Source: Kiritimatiellia bacterium (GTDB lineage Bacteria > Verrucomicrobiota > Kiritimatiellia > RFP12 > UBA1067). Taken from it: DNA of 55,910 nucleotides. The stretch lies in the NCBI GenBank assembly GCA_018384485.1, contig JAHBAE010000051.1, positions 1 through 55,910 on the forward strand, read 5' to 3'. The notes beneath the pieces were generated by a model. It saw nothing but the letters and a program-made list of their open reading frames with translations, was not told the DNA's origin and made no database searches. Below, in pieces: positions 16,960 through 25,996 of the stretch. The position numbers and the translations under genes were made by a program. Each line of letters begins with the position of its first letter. Positions within the stretch are counted from its first letter, which is position 1.

Positions 16960-19038
16960 CTAAGTAAGTTTTATACGCCCATCCTCCGCTCCCGCATGAA
17001 TCACGCCGCCAGGCGGATACGCTCCCTCGACGATCTTTCTTGCAATCGCATTTTCAAGATTTTTTTGTATCGCCCGTTTTACAGGTCTTGCTCCATACAT
17101 GGGATCATACCCCTCCTGGGCGAGAAGTTCACGCGCCGCCTCGTCAACCTCAAGCGTGAAATTCTGCGAAGACAAACGCTTGGCAAGAGCATCTATCTGA
17201 ATCTCGACGATACGCTTTATTTGTTCTTTATTAAGAGATGTGAACTCTAAAACCTCGTCAAGGCGGTTGAGAAACTCAGGCCTGAAGATATCCTTAAGCG
17301 CATCCTTCGGCGCATTCGAAGTCATTATGATGACGGTATTTTTAAAGCTTACAGTCCGCCCGTGGCTATCTGTAAGCCGCCCGTCATCGAGCACCTGGAG
17401 AAGAAGGTTGAAGACATCTGGGTGGGCCTTTTCAATTTCGTCCAGCAGAACAACGGAGAATTGACGGCGGCGGACCGCTTCTGTAAGCTGCCCTCCATCT
17501 TCAAAGCCCACGTATCCCGGAGGCGCTCCGACAAGCCTCGATACCGCGAATTTCTCCATATACTCCGACATATCAAGCCTTACCATCGCATTCTCATCAT
17601 CAAAAAGCTCTTGCGCCAACGCTTTTGCGAGCTCAGTCTTGCCCACACCCGTAGGACCGATGAAAAGAAATGCGCCTACCGGCCTTTGGGCATTCTTAAC
17701 TCCCGCGCGCGAACGGAGAACCGCATCGGCCACAGCCTGCACCGCGGCATCCTGCCCTATCACCCTGCTGTGAAGCTGATCGGCAAGGCGGATAAGTTTT
17801 TCTCTCTCGCCCTCCACAAGTTTCGTGACCGGGATTCCGCTCCAGCGCGAAACGACCTCGGCGATTTCATCGGCAGTCACCTCCTCGCGCAGAAGAACTT
17901 TTTCCTTTCGCGCCGCAAGAGCCTCCTCATGCTCACGAAGTTTCTTCTCAAGAGAAGGAATAACGCCATACTGAAGCCTTGCTGCCTCATTAAGTTCCCC
18001 TTCCGAAACAGCCCGCTCATGCTGCGAGCGCGCCGTCTCCAAAGCCGAACGAACATTCCTAACTTCAGCAAGAGCGGCCTTCTCTTCATTCCACTGCGCC
18101 GTCATCGCATCCGATTTCTTCTTTTTTTCAACAAGTTCTTTCTGCAGCTCTTCAAGGCGCTTTATTGAATTCGGATCCTTCTCCTTTTTCAAGGCGATTT
18201 CCTCAATCTCAAGCCTGCGCACCTGACGCTGGATTTCATCAAGCTCCTGAGGGCAAGAATCCATCTCCGTTCTAATGCGGGCGCACGCTTCGTCAAGAAG
18301 GTCAATCGCCTTATCAGGAAGGAAACGGTCCTGTATGTATCTCGAAGAAAGCGCCACAGCGCTTACGAGCGCTTCGTCCTTAATATGCACATTATGGTAC
18401 TTCTCGAACCTCTCTTTAATTCCGCGAAGTATTGAAACTGCATCCTCCTCTGAAGGCGCATCAACAAGAACAGGCTGGAAACGCCTTTCAAGAGCGGCGT
18501 CCTTTTCCATGTATTTGCGGTATTCATCGAGCGTTGTCGCTCCCACACAATGAAGTTCGCCGCGAGCGAGCATGGGCTTTAGCATATTTCCTGCATCGCT
18601 CGAGCCTTCCGTCTTGCCTGCGCCTACAATGGTGTGAATCTCATCGATGAAAAGAATTATCTTTCCTTCGGAATCTTTAATGCGCTTAAGAACGGCCTTG
18701 AGCCTTTCCTCAAACTGCCCCCTGTAAGACGCTCCCGCCATGAGAGCAGTCATGTCAAGAGAGAAAACCATTCTGTCGCGAAGCGTTTCGGGCACATCGC
18801 CCCTTACGATCCTTTGGGCAAGCCCCTCGACAATCGCCGTTTTACCCACTCCGGGCTCACCTATTAAAACGGGATTGTTCTTAGTCTTTCTTGAAAGTAT
18901 CCGCACAACATCACGAATTTCAGTATCACGCCCTATGACGGGGTCAAGTTTACCCTGGCGCGCAAGCAAAGTCAAATCACTCCCGTATTTCTCAAGAACA
19001 TTTTCAGGAGTATCTGGTTTTTCGTATGACATATTCAT
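16960..19038 (-). CDS. clpB: ClpB disaggregase lacking the N-terminal domain
   Basis: 692 aa. It begins just before NBD1 ([10 protein letters not shown]...[18 protein letters not shown]). It has the middle coiled-coil domain and NBD2 ([15 protein letters not shown]). AGGAG Shine-Dalgarno. Confidence 0.93.
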   Translation of the reverse strand: MNMSYEKPDTPENVLEKYGSDLTLLARQGKLDPVIGRDTEIRDVVRILSRKTKNNPVLIGEPGVGKTAIVEGLAQRIVRGDVPETLRDRMVFSLDMTALMAGASYRGQFEERLKAVLKRIKDSEGKIILFIDEIHTIVGAGKTEGSSDAGNMLKPMLARGELHCVGATTLDEYRKYMEKDAALERRFQPVLVDAPSEEDAVSILRGIKERFEKYHNVHIKDEALVSAVALSSRYIQDRFLPDKAIDLLDEACARIRTEMDSCPQELDEIQRQVRRLEIEEIALKKEKDPNSIKRLEELQKELVEKKKKSDAMTAQWNEEKAALAEVRNVRSALETARSQHERAVSEGELNEAARLQYGVIPSLEKKLREHEEALAARKEKVLLREEVTADEIAEVVSRWSGIPVTKLVEGEREKLIRLADQLHSRVIGQDAAVQAVADAVLRSRAGVKNAQRPVGAFLFIGPTGVGKTELAKALAQELFDDENAMVRLDMSEYMEKFAVSRLVGAPPGYVGFEDGGQLTEAVRRRQFSVVLLDEIEKAHPDVFNLLLQVLDDGRLTDSHGRTVSFKNTVIIMTSNAPKDALKDIFRPEFLNRLDEVLEFTSLNKEQIKRIVEIQIDALAKRLSSQNFTLEVDEAARELLAQEGYDPMYGARPVKRAIQKNLENAIARKIVEGAYPPGGVIHAGAEDGRIKLT

Positions 19039-19074
19039 AATTTATTCTCCTTTCGCTTCAACAATGATGAATGT

Positions 19075-19090
19075 AGCAAATCGCGTGCCA
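19075..19090 (-). promoter_or_regulatory. Sigma-54 (-24/-12) promoter: TGGCACGcgatTTGCT
   Basis: The minus-strand sequence matches TGGCACG-N4-TTGCW at every constrained position. It lies about 37 nt upstream of the clpB ATG and downstream of the rpsG terminator. Confidence 0.7.
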
Positions 19091-19184
19091 AGATAAAAAC
19101 TTTGAAAAATAAGACTCCAAAAATACTTTCGGTGCGTCAGAACGCGACAAAATGACACGGGAAGGAAGAAAATATGTCACGCAT

Positions 19185-19222
19185 AGAAAAACGAAGGGTG
19201 CCGCCATTGAGAGGCGACACCC
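19185..19222 (-). terminator. Intrinsic terminator after rpsG
   Basis: Minus strand reads GGGTGTCGCC-tctcaat-GGCGGCACCC. The stem is 10 bp with one G-U pair and is followed by TTCGTTTTTCT. Confidence 0.75.
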
Positions 19223-19251
19223 AAGCGATTTGTCTAGAGAAGCGGATTATA

Positions 19252-19761
19252 TTACCAAGCGTAATGCGCGAACGCCTTGTTAGCGGCAGCCATCTTATGT
19301 ACGTCATCACGCTTCTTGATGACGCTGCCCTGGCCCTGAAATGCGTCGATGATCTCGGCGGCGACAGCTGCAGGCATACCCATTCCGCGACGGGCAGATG
19401 CATACTGCGTAGTCCAACGCAACGCCAAAGAAAGCTGACGGTTTTCGGCGATCGGTACAGGAACCGGATAGGTAGTACCGCCGACGCGACGCGTCTTAAC
19501 CTCGACCTGGGGCTTCATGTTGTCGATCGCGGCGGAGACGACATCAAGAGGATTCTCAAACTGCTTTTCGTCTTTGACGAACTTTGAGGGATCTTCCTTC
19601 ATCTTCTCGGCGACCTTCTCGATGGCACCGTAAACGATACGCTCAGACACAGTCTTCTTGCCGTCCTTCATGACGACGCGAATCATGTGAGCAACGAGCT
19701 CGGAATTATATTTCGGATCAAGCGTCACGCGCTTGACAATAGCCTTACCTCTACGGCTCAT
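19252..19761 (-). CDS. rpsG: 30S ribosomal protein S7
   Basis: 169 aa. N-terminus MSRRGKA...DPKYNS and C-terminus ...KMAAANKAFAHYAW. Confidence 0.95.
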   Translation of the reverse strand: MSRRGKAIVKRVTLDPKYNSELVAHMIRVVMKDGKKTVSERIVYGAIEKVAEKMKEDPSKFVKDEKQFENPLDVVSAAIDNMKPQVEVKTRRVGGTTYPVPVPIAENRQLSLALRWTTQYASARRGMGMPAAVAAEIIDAFQGQGSVIKKRDDVHKMAAANKAFAHYAW

Positions 19762-19764
19762 ATC

Positions 19765-20148
19765 TTACTTCTCCTCTTTCTTGGCCTTCTTCATGCCGTA
19801 CTTGGAACGGCTGCGGTTACGACCGGCTACGCCGAGAGAGTCGAGTTTGCCGCGGATGATGTGATAACGGACACCAGGAAGGTCTTTTACACGACCGCCA
19901 CGTACAAGAACAACGGAGTGTTCCTGGAGGTTGTGACCCTCACCCGGGATGTAAGCCGTCACCTCATACCCGGACGTCAAGCGAACACGGGCGACCTTAC
20001 GCAAGGCCGAGTTAGGCTTCTTAGGAGTCATCGTCTTAACGACGAGGCAAACGCCACGACGCTGAGGGCACGCCTTCAGCGCTGGCGATTTCGAACGCTT
20101 TGCGAGGGATTGACGACCCTTGCGTATCAACTGATTTATTGTCGGCAT
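19765..20148 (-). CDS. rpsL: 30S ribosomal protein S12
   Basis: Starts at [11 protein letters not shown]. The tracked ORF extends 16 codons further upstream, but that stretch is the promoter/[13 protein letters not shown] motif present. Confidence 0.95.
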   Translation of the reverse strand: MPTINQLIRKGRQSLAKRSKSPALKACPQRRGVCLVVKTMTPKKPNSALRKVARVRLTSGYEVTAYIPGEGHNLQEHSVVLVRGGRVKDLPGVRYHIIRGKLDSLGVAGRNRSRSKYGMKKAKKEEK

Positions 20149-20186
20149 TATGTTTTTCCTTACTTCTCTAAACAAAACTTTTACGT

Positions 20187-20216
20187 AGTATATCAATTAT
20201 TGCTCTCTTGTGTCAA
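20187..20216 (-). promoter_or_regulatory. rpsL promoter: TTGACA-N18-(TGa)TATACT
   Basis: Minus strand reads ttgaca caagagagcaataattga tatact. The TGA of the extended -10 is also the stop codon of the upstream helicase. Confidence 0.65.
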
Positions 20217-22061
20217 TTGCCACTCTTCGAGCTTTTCCTGTTGGGCTACAGGTTGCATATACACATTTGTCTCATCCACGCGCGGCTTCTCCTCCTCACA
20301 CGCGTTTGCAAAGGTGGGAAGCTCACGCTTAGGTGCGTTCGTCTTGAGGATTGCAGGCGCACCGGAACCTGTCACCGCATTCGCTCCAACGAGTGCGGCG
20401 GCGGCAGCCTTTTCCTCTTCACCTACAGCCTCACGAGCATCCACTTCTGCAAGCGCCGCCTGATCAACGGCACCAAGCTTAGAGTGACGGGCGGGCACAG
20501 GTTTTAAAAGAGGATCGTCAGGCCCGATTACCGTGCACTTCAAAGTCTCCTTGATGTAAGACTCAATATCGGGAATCTGGCAACTTTCAAATTCGTCGGC
20601 AAAAGAAATCGCAACGCCAGTGCTGCCGGCGCGACCGGTGCGCCCGATGCGGTGAACGTAATCTTCAGCCTCGTATGGGAAGTCGAAATTAACCACATAC
20701 TCAAGCCCCTTGACATCAAGCCCGCGGCCTGCAACATCGGTTGCCACAACGACATTCACCTTTCCATCGCGGAACTCATCGAGCACTTTAAGACGCTTGT
20801 TTTGATTTACATCGCCTGAAAGCATTTCAACCGAAACTCCGCGCACCTTGAGTGATTCATACACATCCTCGGTAGTTGACTTGCGGTTGCAGAAAACAAT
20901 CGTGCGTGATGTAGGATGAAGCGCGATGTGATTGTAAAGAACTGTGAACTTATGCTTTGCCTGAATTACGTAGACGACCTGCTTGACGGTATCCGTCGCA
21001 TTCGTCTGCGACTCAACCTCGGCCTTATACGGCTCATTCATCCAATTAAGCGCAAGGCGCATGACTGCTTCATCAAGCGTAGCCGAATAAAGCATAGTAG
21101 TGCGCTTATCTTTTGCGGGCAGATTGCTTATAATGCGCCTGACATCGGGAATAAAGCCCATATCAAGCATTCTATCTGCCTCGTCGATAACGAGAGTGTC
21201 GACCTTGGAAAGATCAATCACATGGCTGCGGACAAAATCAAGCAACCTTCCGGGAGTTGCGACAAGAAGATCTACGGGAGAAGATAGAACTTCCCTTTTT
21301 TGGCGGTCGTAATCCATGCCGCCGTAGATGGCAAGAGATTTAAGCCCAGAATACTTGCCTATAGCATGGGCGTCTTTGCAAATCTGAATAACAAGCTCAC
21401 GTGTGGGAGCTATAACGAGTGCGCGCGGAACTCCTCCCTTGCTGGCTCTGTTCTCAGGGGAGCGTAAATAACGCGTCAAAATTGCGACCAGAAAGGCTGC
21501 CGTCTTACCAGAACCTGTCTGCGCTTTGCCTGCAATATCCCTGCCTGAAAGCGCCTGCTCAAGGGAAAGCGCCTGAATCTCAGTGCAATACTTAAAGCCT
21601 AAATCTGAAATCCCGTGCATCACCTCCGAAGGGAGGTCAAAATCGTGAAACCGCTTCTTGCCCTCTTGACTCTCCACCTGAAAGGTTGAGGCATCCCACT
21701 TCTCATGGGCAATGCGGTTACGCTCCAACTCAGAACGAGAAAACTCACCACCCGGCCGCATCTCATTCGCGGCAGTATTTACAGAAGAGCCTCCATATCC
21801 GTGGCGACGATCTGTTTGGCCACTCTTACGCTGCGACCGCTCGTCGTGAGGGCGAGAAGGTTTCTGCTTTTTTGAATTTTTCTGCTTGAAAGGCTGCGCC
21901 TGCTGGCGAGAACCTTGGGTATTCTGCTGGGATGACCCCTTCGAATGCTTGTTCCCGCCATGCCGGCGCCCCTTTTTCGCCGCCCCACCCTTCGGCGGAG
22001 AAGACTTCTTCCCTCCGCCGAATATGGCTGCGGCGATTTTCTTGAGAAAACCGAACGCCAT
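20193..22061 (-). CDS. DEAD-box ATP-dependent RNA helicase with long basic N-terminal and acidic C-terminal low-complexity tails
   Basis: 622 aa. Q-motif region, [12 protein letters not shown] (VIDEADRM), SAT, and [10 protein letters not shown]. The N-terminal 130 aa or so are K/R/G/Q/S-rich. Confidence 0.9.
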   Translation of the reverse strand: MAFGFLKKIAAAIFGGGKKSSPPKGGAAKKGRRHGGNKHSKGSSQQNTQGSRQQAQPFKQKNSKKQKPSRPHDERSQRKSGQTDRRHGYGGSSVNTAANEMRPGGEFSRSELERNRIAHEKWDASTFQVESQEGKKRFHDFDLPSEVMHGISDLGFKYCTEIQALSLEQALSGRDIAGKAQTGSGKTAAFLVAILTRYLRSPENRASKGGVPRALVIAPTRELVIQICKDAHAIGKYSGLKSLAIYGGMDYDRQKREVLSSPVDLLVATPGRLLDFVRSHVIDLSKVDTLVIDEADRMLDMGFIPDVRRIISNLPAKDKRTTMLYSATLDEAVMRLALNWMNEPYKAEVESQTNATDTVKQVVYVIQAKHKFTVLYNHIALHPTSRTIVFCNRKSTTEDVYESLKVRGVSVEMLSGDVNQNKRLKVLDEFRDGKVNVVVATDVAGRGLDVKGLEYVVNFDFPYEAEDYVHRIGRTGRAGSTGVAISFADEFESCQIPDIESYIKETLKCTVIGPDDPLLKPVPARHSKLGAVDQAALAEVDAREAVGEEEKAAAAALVGANAVTGSGAPAILKTNAPKRELPTFANACEEEKPRVDETNVYMQPVAQQEKLEEWQLTQESNN

Positions 22062-22066
22062 CGAAA

Positions 22067-22468
22067 TTAACGCTTCGAGAACTGGAAGCGCTTACGAGCA
22101 CCAGGCTGACCGGGTTTCTTACGCTCTTTCATGCGGCTATCACGCGTCATGCAGCCGGCCTTCTTGAGAGCGGCGCGGGTGGACTCATCAGCCGCCACGA
22201 GGGCGCGAGCGAGACCGTGACGGATAGCACCGGCCTGACCGGAAATGCCGCCGCCCTTTGCAAAGATGACGACGTCGACATTCGACATATCATAGCCTGC
22301 GATAGCGACGGGCTGCTTGAGGTAATCACGGAGAGCCTCAGAAGGAAGATAAGCCTCGAGCGCGACTCCATTGACCTTCCACTCACCCTTACCCTCAACG
22401 AGATTGACGCGAGCGGTTGCAGTCTTACGACGACCAGTACCGGCGGAAATTGCTTTTTTCGTAGCCAT
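22067..22468 (-). CDS. rpsI: 30S ribosomal protein S9
   Basis: 133 aa. GGGISGQAGAIRHGLARAL, ending ...RKRFQFSKR. Confidence 0.95.
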   Translation of the reverse strand: MATKKAISAGTGRRKTATARVNLVEGKGEWKVNGVALEAYLPSEALRDYLKQPVAIAGYDMSNVDVVIFAKGGGISGQAGAIRHGLARALVAADESTRAALKKAGCMTRDSRMKERKKPGQPGARKRFQFSKR

Positions 22469-22485
22469 TTTTTAAATTCCTTGAA

Positions 22486-22917
22486 TTAGAGCTTGATTTC
22501 AACCGGTTTCTGCGCGGCGTTGTTATGTTCAGCACCGGCAAACACACGCACGCGAGTCATCATCTTGCGAGCGATATTGTTCTTGGGGAGCATGCCCCAA
22601 ACAGCTTCCTTGATCATACGATCGGGGTGCTTCGCGCGCATTTCAGCCGCGGAGAAGCGCTTCAAGCCATTCCTCCAGCCGCTATAGCGCTGATATTCCT
22701 TCTGCTCTTCCTTCTTGCCGGTGAGCTTAACGAGCGCAGCATTCGTGACGATGACGAACGCACCAGCATCAACCGAAGGATCAAAAGTAGGAAGATCCTT
22801 GGCACGGAGTTTGTTTGCGATTACGACTGCGAGGCGGCCGAGGGGCTGATCCTTCGCGTCGATGAGAAACCACTGGCGCTTGTCGCCCGGGTTCGGAGCA
22901 CGATAGCTCTTCTGCAT
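22486..22917 (-). CDS. rplM: 50S ribosomal protein L13
   Basis: 143 aa. WFLIDAKDQPLGRLA... and typical L13 blocks. Directly upstream of rpsI. Confidence 0.95.
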   Translation of the reverse strand: MQKSYRAPNPGDKRQWFLIDAKDQPLGRLAVVIANKLRAKDLPTFDPSVDAGAFVIVTNAALVKLTGKKEEQKEYQRYSGWRNGLKRFSAAEMRAKHPDRMIKEAVWGMLPKNNIARKMMTRVRVFAGAEHNNAAQKPVEIKL

Positions 22918-23027
22918 CTTTTTTATCTCTTTCTCTTTCGTTTTTGCGGATTTGTGCCCTTTATCCGGGGTTTTGTCCGCCGTTTACCTGCCGACACCGG
23001 TTAGCCCCCGATGACGGATAAGTGTGA

Positions 23028-23057
23028 AGTATATCAAATCATGCGCCAAACCGTCAA
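23028..23057 (-). promoter_or_regulatory. rplM-rpsI promoter: TTGACG-N18-(TGa)TATACT
   Basis: Minus strand reads ttgacg gtttggcgcatgatttga tatact. It has the same TTGATATACT core as the rpsL and tRNA-Cys promoters. It leaves a 5-prime leader of about 100 nt. Confidence 0.55.
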
Positions 23058-23096
23058 GTTGCCGAAGAAAAGCGAATGTTTAATATATAAATACTC

Positions 23097-24518
23097 TCAG
23101 ACCTCGATTTCGATTCGATCATTGAAATTAGGACGGATGACGAATTCCTGCTTCGTCGTCTTTCCATTAGCCGTGACTTCAAGCTCGTACGTTCCGTGGA
23201 AGCCGCGAAACGCAAAGCGCCCGCCGACATCTCTCTCAAAATTCGTCCGCCATTCTTTTCCAAAAAGGTCCTTCACAACCTGATAGGCCGGCTTTGGTGA
23301 CATGTCAAAGCGGCAGAGACCGCCGCGCCAGGCGTTTTCGCCGCAAGAAAAATCACCCGGCTCGGAAAAGGCTGCATACCCGTCAGGCACGTTCCAGTAG
23401 ATAATTGCCTCCATGCCGCGCGCCGAGAACCAGATTCGGTATAGTTCCCGCAGAATCTCTGCCTGAACTTCCTCATCGCCGGGATCGTTCGAGTAGGCAG
23501 GAATCGTGATTTCCGTAATCTGCAAAGGCTTATTGAACTTCGCATACGTTTCAAGGACATCGAACAAACGTTTCGGATCGTAGAAGTCACTTGCTGTCTT
23601 CGCGATCTTTTCCGCAGTGTGGAACATGTGAAACTGCAAGCCGACGGCATCGATGCGCGCCCCCTTCCGCATTGCACGCTCAATCTGCATGTAATATGGG
23701 CTGCGTTCGCGCTGATACCAGGTACCTTCCCACACGCGGCAATGCGCCTCGTTGATGATAAGTTCATTAGCTGGGAAAAACTGCTCGGCAGTCTTGAAGC
23801 TCCATTCAATGAGATCCTCCTGACGATAAAGATTAGCTATGTTCCCGCCCGTACAATCGGCGTCCCACAGCGTCTCATTAGTAACTTCCCACATTCTGAC
23901 TCTACTAGCATAGCGTTCCGACAACTCGCGGAAGCGCTTGACCAAGAGCCTCTTCTCCTTGGCGATATCACCGACGGCCCACTTCGGCGTTACAGTCGCA
24001 TAGTTGAGGATATGTGCCTTCGGCTCAATCCCGTTCTTTTCACACCAGTCAATGCAAAGGTCTGGCGGCGGACGGCGATACAGTTTCGGAGCATTCGCCT
24101 CATATCGCGGTTTACCCTCCTCCGGCTCAAGTCCCGTCCAATAGAACGGACATGTCGCCAGGTTGAACGCCTCGGCAAAGCGGGCCTTGTATGCCGCGTT
24201 GAGTTCCGCGCTGGGCATCTCGTCGAGCATAAAAAGATCTGCTCCATATTTGAAATCGTGCGCCTTCTGCGTCACCTTGAGATGCACGTTCTCATATATC
24301 TTTCCATCCTTGTCCTTGAATGTAAAGAGCATCGGACCTTTTCGGTTCATCTCGATACCCGCCTTAACACGCGCATCGGTATCGGCGGCACGGACATGGA
24401 ACAAGTCGAGAACGGCCTTTCTGTCATACTTCATAGCCGCCCACAGCGACGGCAAGTACAACCCCGCACCAGCCAATACCGACATATCCTTTAGAAAATC
24501 TCTTCTTGATACGCTCAC
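23097..24518 (-). CDS. Glycoside hydrolase family 10-like (endo-beta-1,4-xylanase type), Tat-exported
   Basis: 473 aa. Twin-arginine signal SRRDFLK. GH10-type motifs WEVTNE (acid/base), GLQFH and ITEITI (nucleophile). GTG start. Confidence 0.75.
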   Translation of the reverse strand: MSVSRRDFLKDMSVLAGAGLYLPSLWAAMKYDRKAVLDLFHVRAADTDARVKAGIEMNRKGPMLFTFKDKDGKIYENVHLKVTQKAHDFKYGADLFMLDEMPSAELNAAYKARFAEAFNLATCPFYWTGLEPEEGKPRYEANAPKLYRRPPPDLCIDWCEKNGIEPKAHILNYATVTPKWAVGDIAKEKRLLVKRFRELSERYASRVRMWEVTNETLWDADCTGGNIANLYRQEDLIEWSFKTAEQFFPANELIINEAHCRVWEGTWYQRERSPYYMQIERAMRKGARIDAVGLQFHMFHTAEKIAKTASDFYDPKRLFDVLETYAKFNKPLQITEITIPAYSNDPGDEEVQAEILRELYRIWFSARGMEAIIYWNVPDGYAAFSEPGDFSCGENAWRGGLCRFDMSPKPAYQVVKDLFGKEWRTNFERDVGGRFAFRGFHGTYELEVTANGKTTKQEFVIRPNFNDRIEIEV

Positions 24519-24549
24519 GATCTTACATCCTTATTCATTTGCATTGCAT

Positions 24550-25764
24550 TTAGACGCACTCTGGCACTTTCAGCCACTCGCCGCCCTTCATCGCCGAAAG
24601 GTGAGCGTAAATGCCTGAAACGGTTGTATCAAGCGCAGTCTTCAAATCGACGCACACTTTGTGATCTTTAAGAAGGATTCCTCGGAGGAAATCATCCGTC
24701 AGATACGCATGCGAACCGCCGTGACCTCCCGCCGGAACATTCGGAGGAAGAGGATGTTTTAAGACATTAACTTTTGCTGCAGCCTCCATATCAAGCCCCC
24801 AGAAAGGATCCTTGCGCGTTTCCACGTAGCTACCCTTCGTGCCGTGGAAACGGCCGATCTCGCCGCCGTAACCGGGCGTTCCCCACATTACCGCCATACG
24901 CGAAGTGCCGCCGTCGGAAGTTTTAAAAAGAGCGACTTCCGAATCATACGGGTTGGCATACGGGTTGTTCTCTGGCTGATATTGAGGACGAGAACTTTTT
25001 AAACCGATGCATGAAACATCGGTAAACCTGCCATGAGTAACGCAAGTGTAGAAACCGTTGGAATGAGTGGGATAATACTGCGGCGGAAGCCCTAAACGCC
25101 AATTATTATATGAAGGAATGCCCTCTTTTCCGGAGAAATGGAAGTATTCGCCTTCCGAATAAAGGTGCTCACCTAAGCAACCGCTCTCATAAAGATTGCG
25201 CATAGCGACACATTCCGGACGAAAAGCGGTAGTCTCATTCATCATATAAATCTTTCCGCTCTTCTTCGCGGCAGATACGAGACGCGGAACGAGATCAAGC
25301 TGATCTTTACCCAAAAGCGCGGGAACTGCACTTGCCACATGAAGGCCATGCTCAAGAGCCATAATCGCAAGTTTGATATGACTTGCCGCGTCAGTGGCGA
25401 TATAGACGGCCTCAAGTTTATCTTCCGCGGCATGCTTAATCATATCTTCGCAGCTCGGATACGTTTTCTGCGCATTTACGCGCTGCTGAAGCAGCTTGCA
25501 GCGGGCAGGATCGAGATCTGTACAAGCGACGACTTCCACATTAGGATGCGACTGATAAGCGAAAGACGAGCCGAAAGAACACACGCCCTCACCTGCTATA
25601 CCGACGCGCACTTTACGGTCGGAAAAAGGCTCCCATTTAGTAGACGAGAGTTTCCCTGCAAAGTTCTCATCAAAACCTTGAATAGTCTTTTTATCATTAG
25701 CAGCATGAAGCCCTGCTGCAAAAAGAGAAATCCCGGCACCAACGAATGCTCTTCTATTATACAT
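24550..25764 (-). CDS. Gfo/Idh/MocA-family oxidoreductase with Tat-like signal
   Basis: Start chosen at MYNRRAFVGAG, which has an AAGGAG Shine-Dalgarno. The tracked ORF extends 11 codons further upstream. Rossmann VRVGIAGEGVCSFG. Confidence 0.75.
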   Translation of the reverse strand: MYNRRAFVGAGISLFAAGLHAANDKKTIQGFDENFAGKLSSTKWEPFSDRKVRVGIAGEGVCSFGSSFAYQSHPNVEVVACTDLDPARCKLLQQRVNAQKTYPSCEDMIKHAAEDKLEAVYIATDAASHIKLAIMALEHGLHVASAVPALLGKDQLDLVPRLVSAAKKSGKIYMMNETTAFRPECVAMRNLYESGCLGEHLYSEGEYFHFSGKEGIPSYNNWRLGLPPQYYPTHSNGFYTCVTHGRFTDVSCIGLKSSRPQYQPENNPYANPYDSEVALFKTSDGGTSRMAVMWGTPGYGGEIGRFHGTKGSYVETRKDPFWGLDMEAAAKVNVLKHPLPPNVPAGGHGGSHAYLTDDFLRGILLKDHKVCVDLKTALDTTVSGIYAHLSAMKGGEWLKVPECV

Positions 25765-25834
25765 ACTACTCCTTTTTATATTTTTTATGACTACCATCCC
25801 ATAGGGGATGAATATCTTTCTTTGTTTAAACTGA

Positions 25835-25864
25835 ATAATATCAAATAATGGTGTTTTTCGTCAA
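25835..25864 (-). promoter_or_regulatory. Promoter for the Gfo/GH10 pair: TTGACG-N18-(TGa)TATTAT
   Basis: Minus strand reads ttgacg aaaaacaccattatttga tattat. Confidence 0.5.
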
Positions 25865-25996
25865 CCCGAAAATTCTTTTATCTACTATAAATTAACCGCC
25901 CCTAACATTTTATCGATTTATTCAAAAATACATATTCCATTGATATCATCTGTATACCCTCGGCTGTCGGCTGCGCGCTTCTATCTGACTTATGCT

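Noticed and set aside
22799-22814. Plus-strand TTGGCACGGAGTTTGT resembling a sigma-54 promoter
   Set aside because: It is located inside rplM on the non-coding strand. No plus-strand gene lies downstream. The -12 element is TTGT, not TTGC.
22945-22959. Sigma-54-like GGGCAC-N6-CGCA upstream of rplM
   Set aside because: The GG/GC spacing fits, but the -12 element is CCGCA rather than TTGCA and the -24 element lacks the leading T. A good sigma-70 extended -10 promoter lies further upstream. It was judged a chance match.
25798-25996. dif-like Xer recombination site next to xerD
   Set aside because: I scanned by eye for a 28-bp imperfect palindrome resembling GGTGCGCATAATGTATATTATGTTAAAT and found nothing convincing. 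dif is not expected to be linked to xerD.
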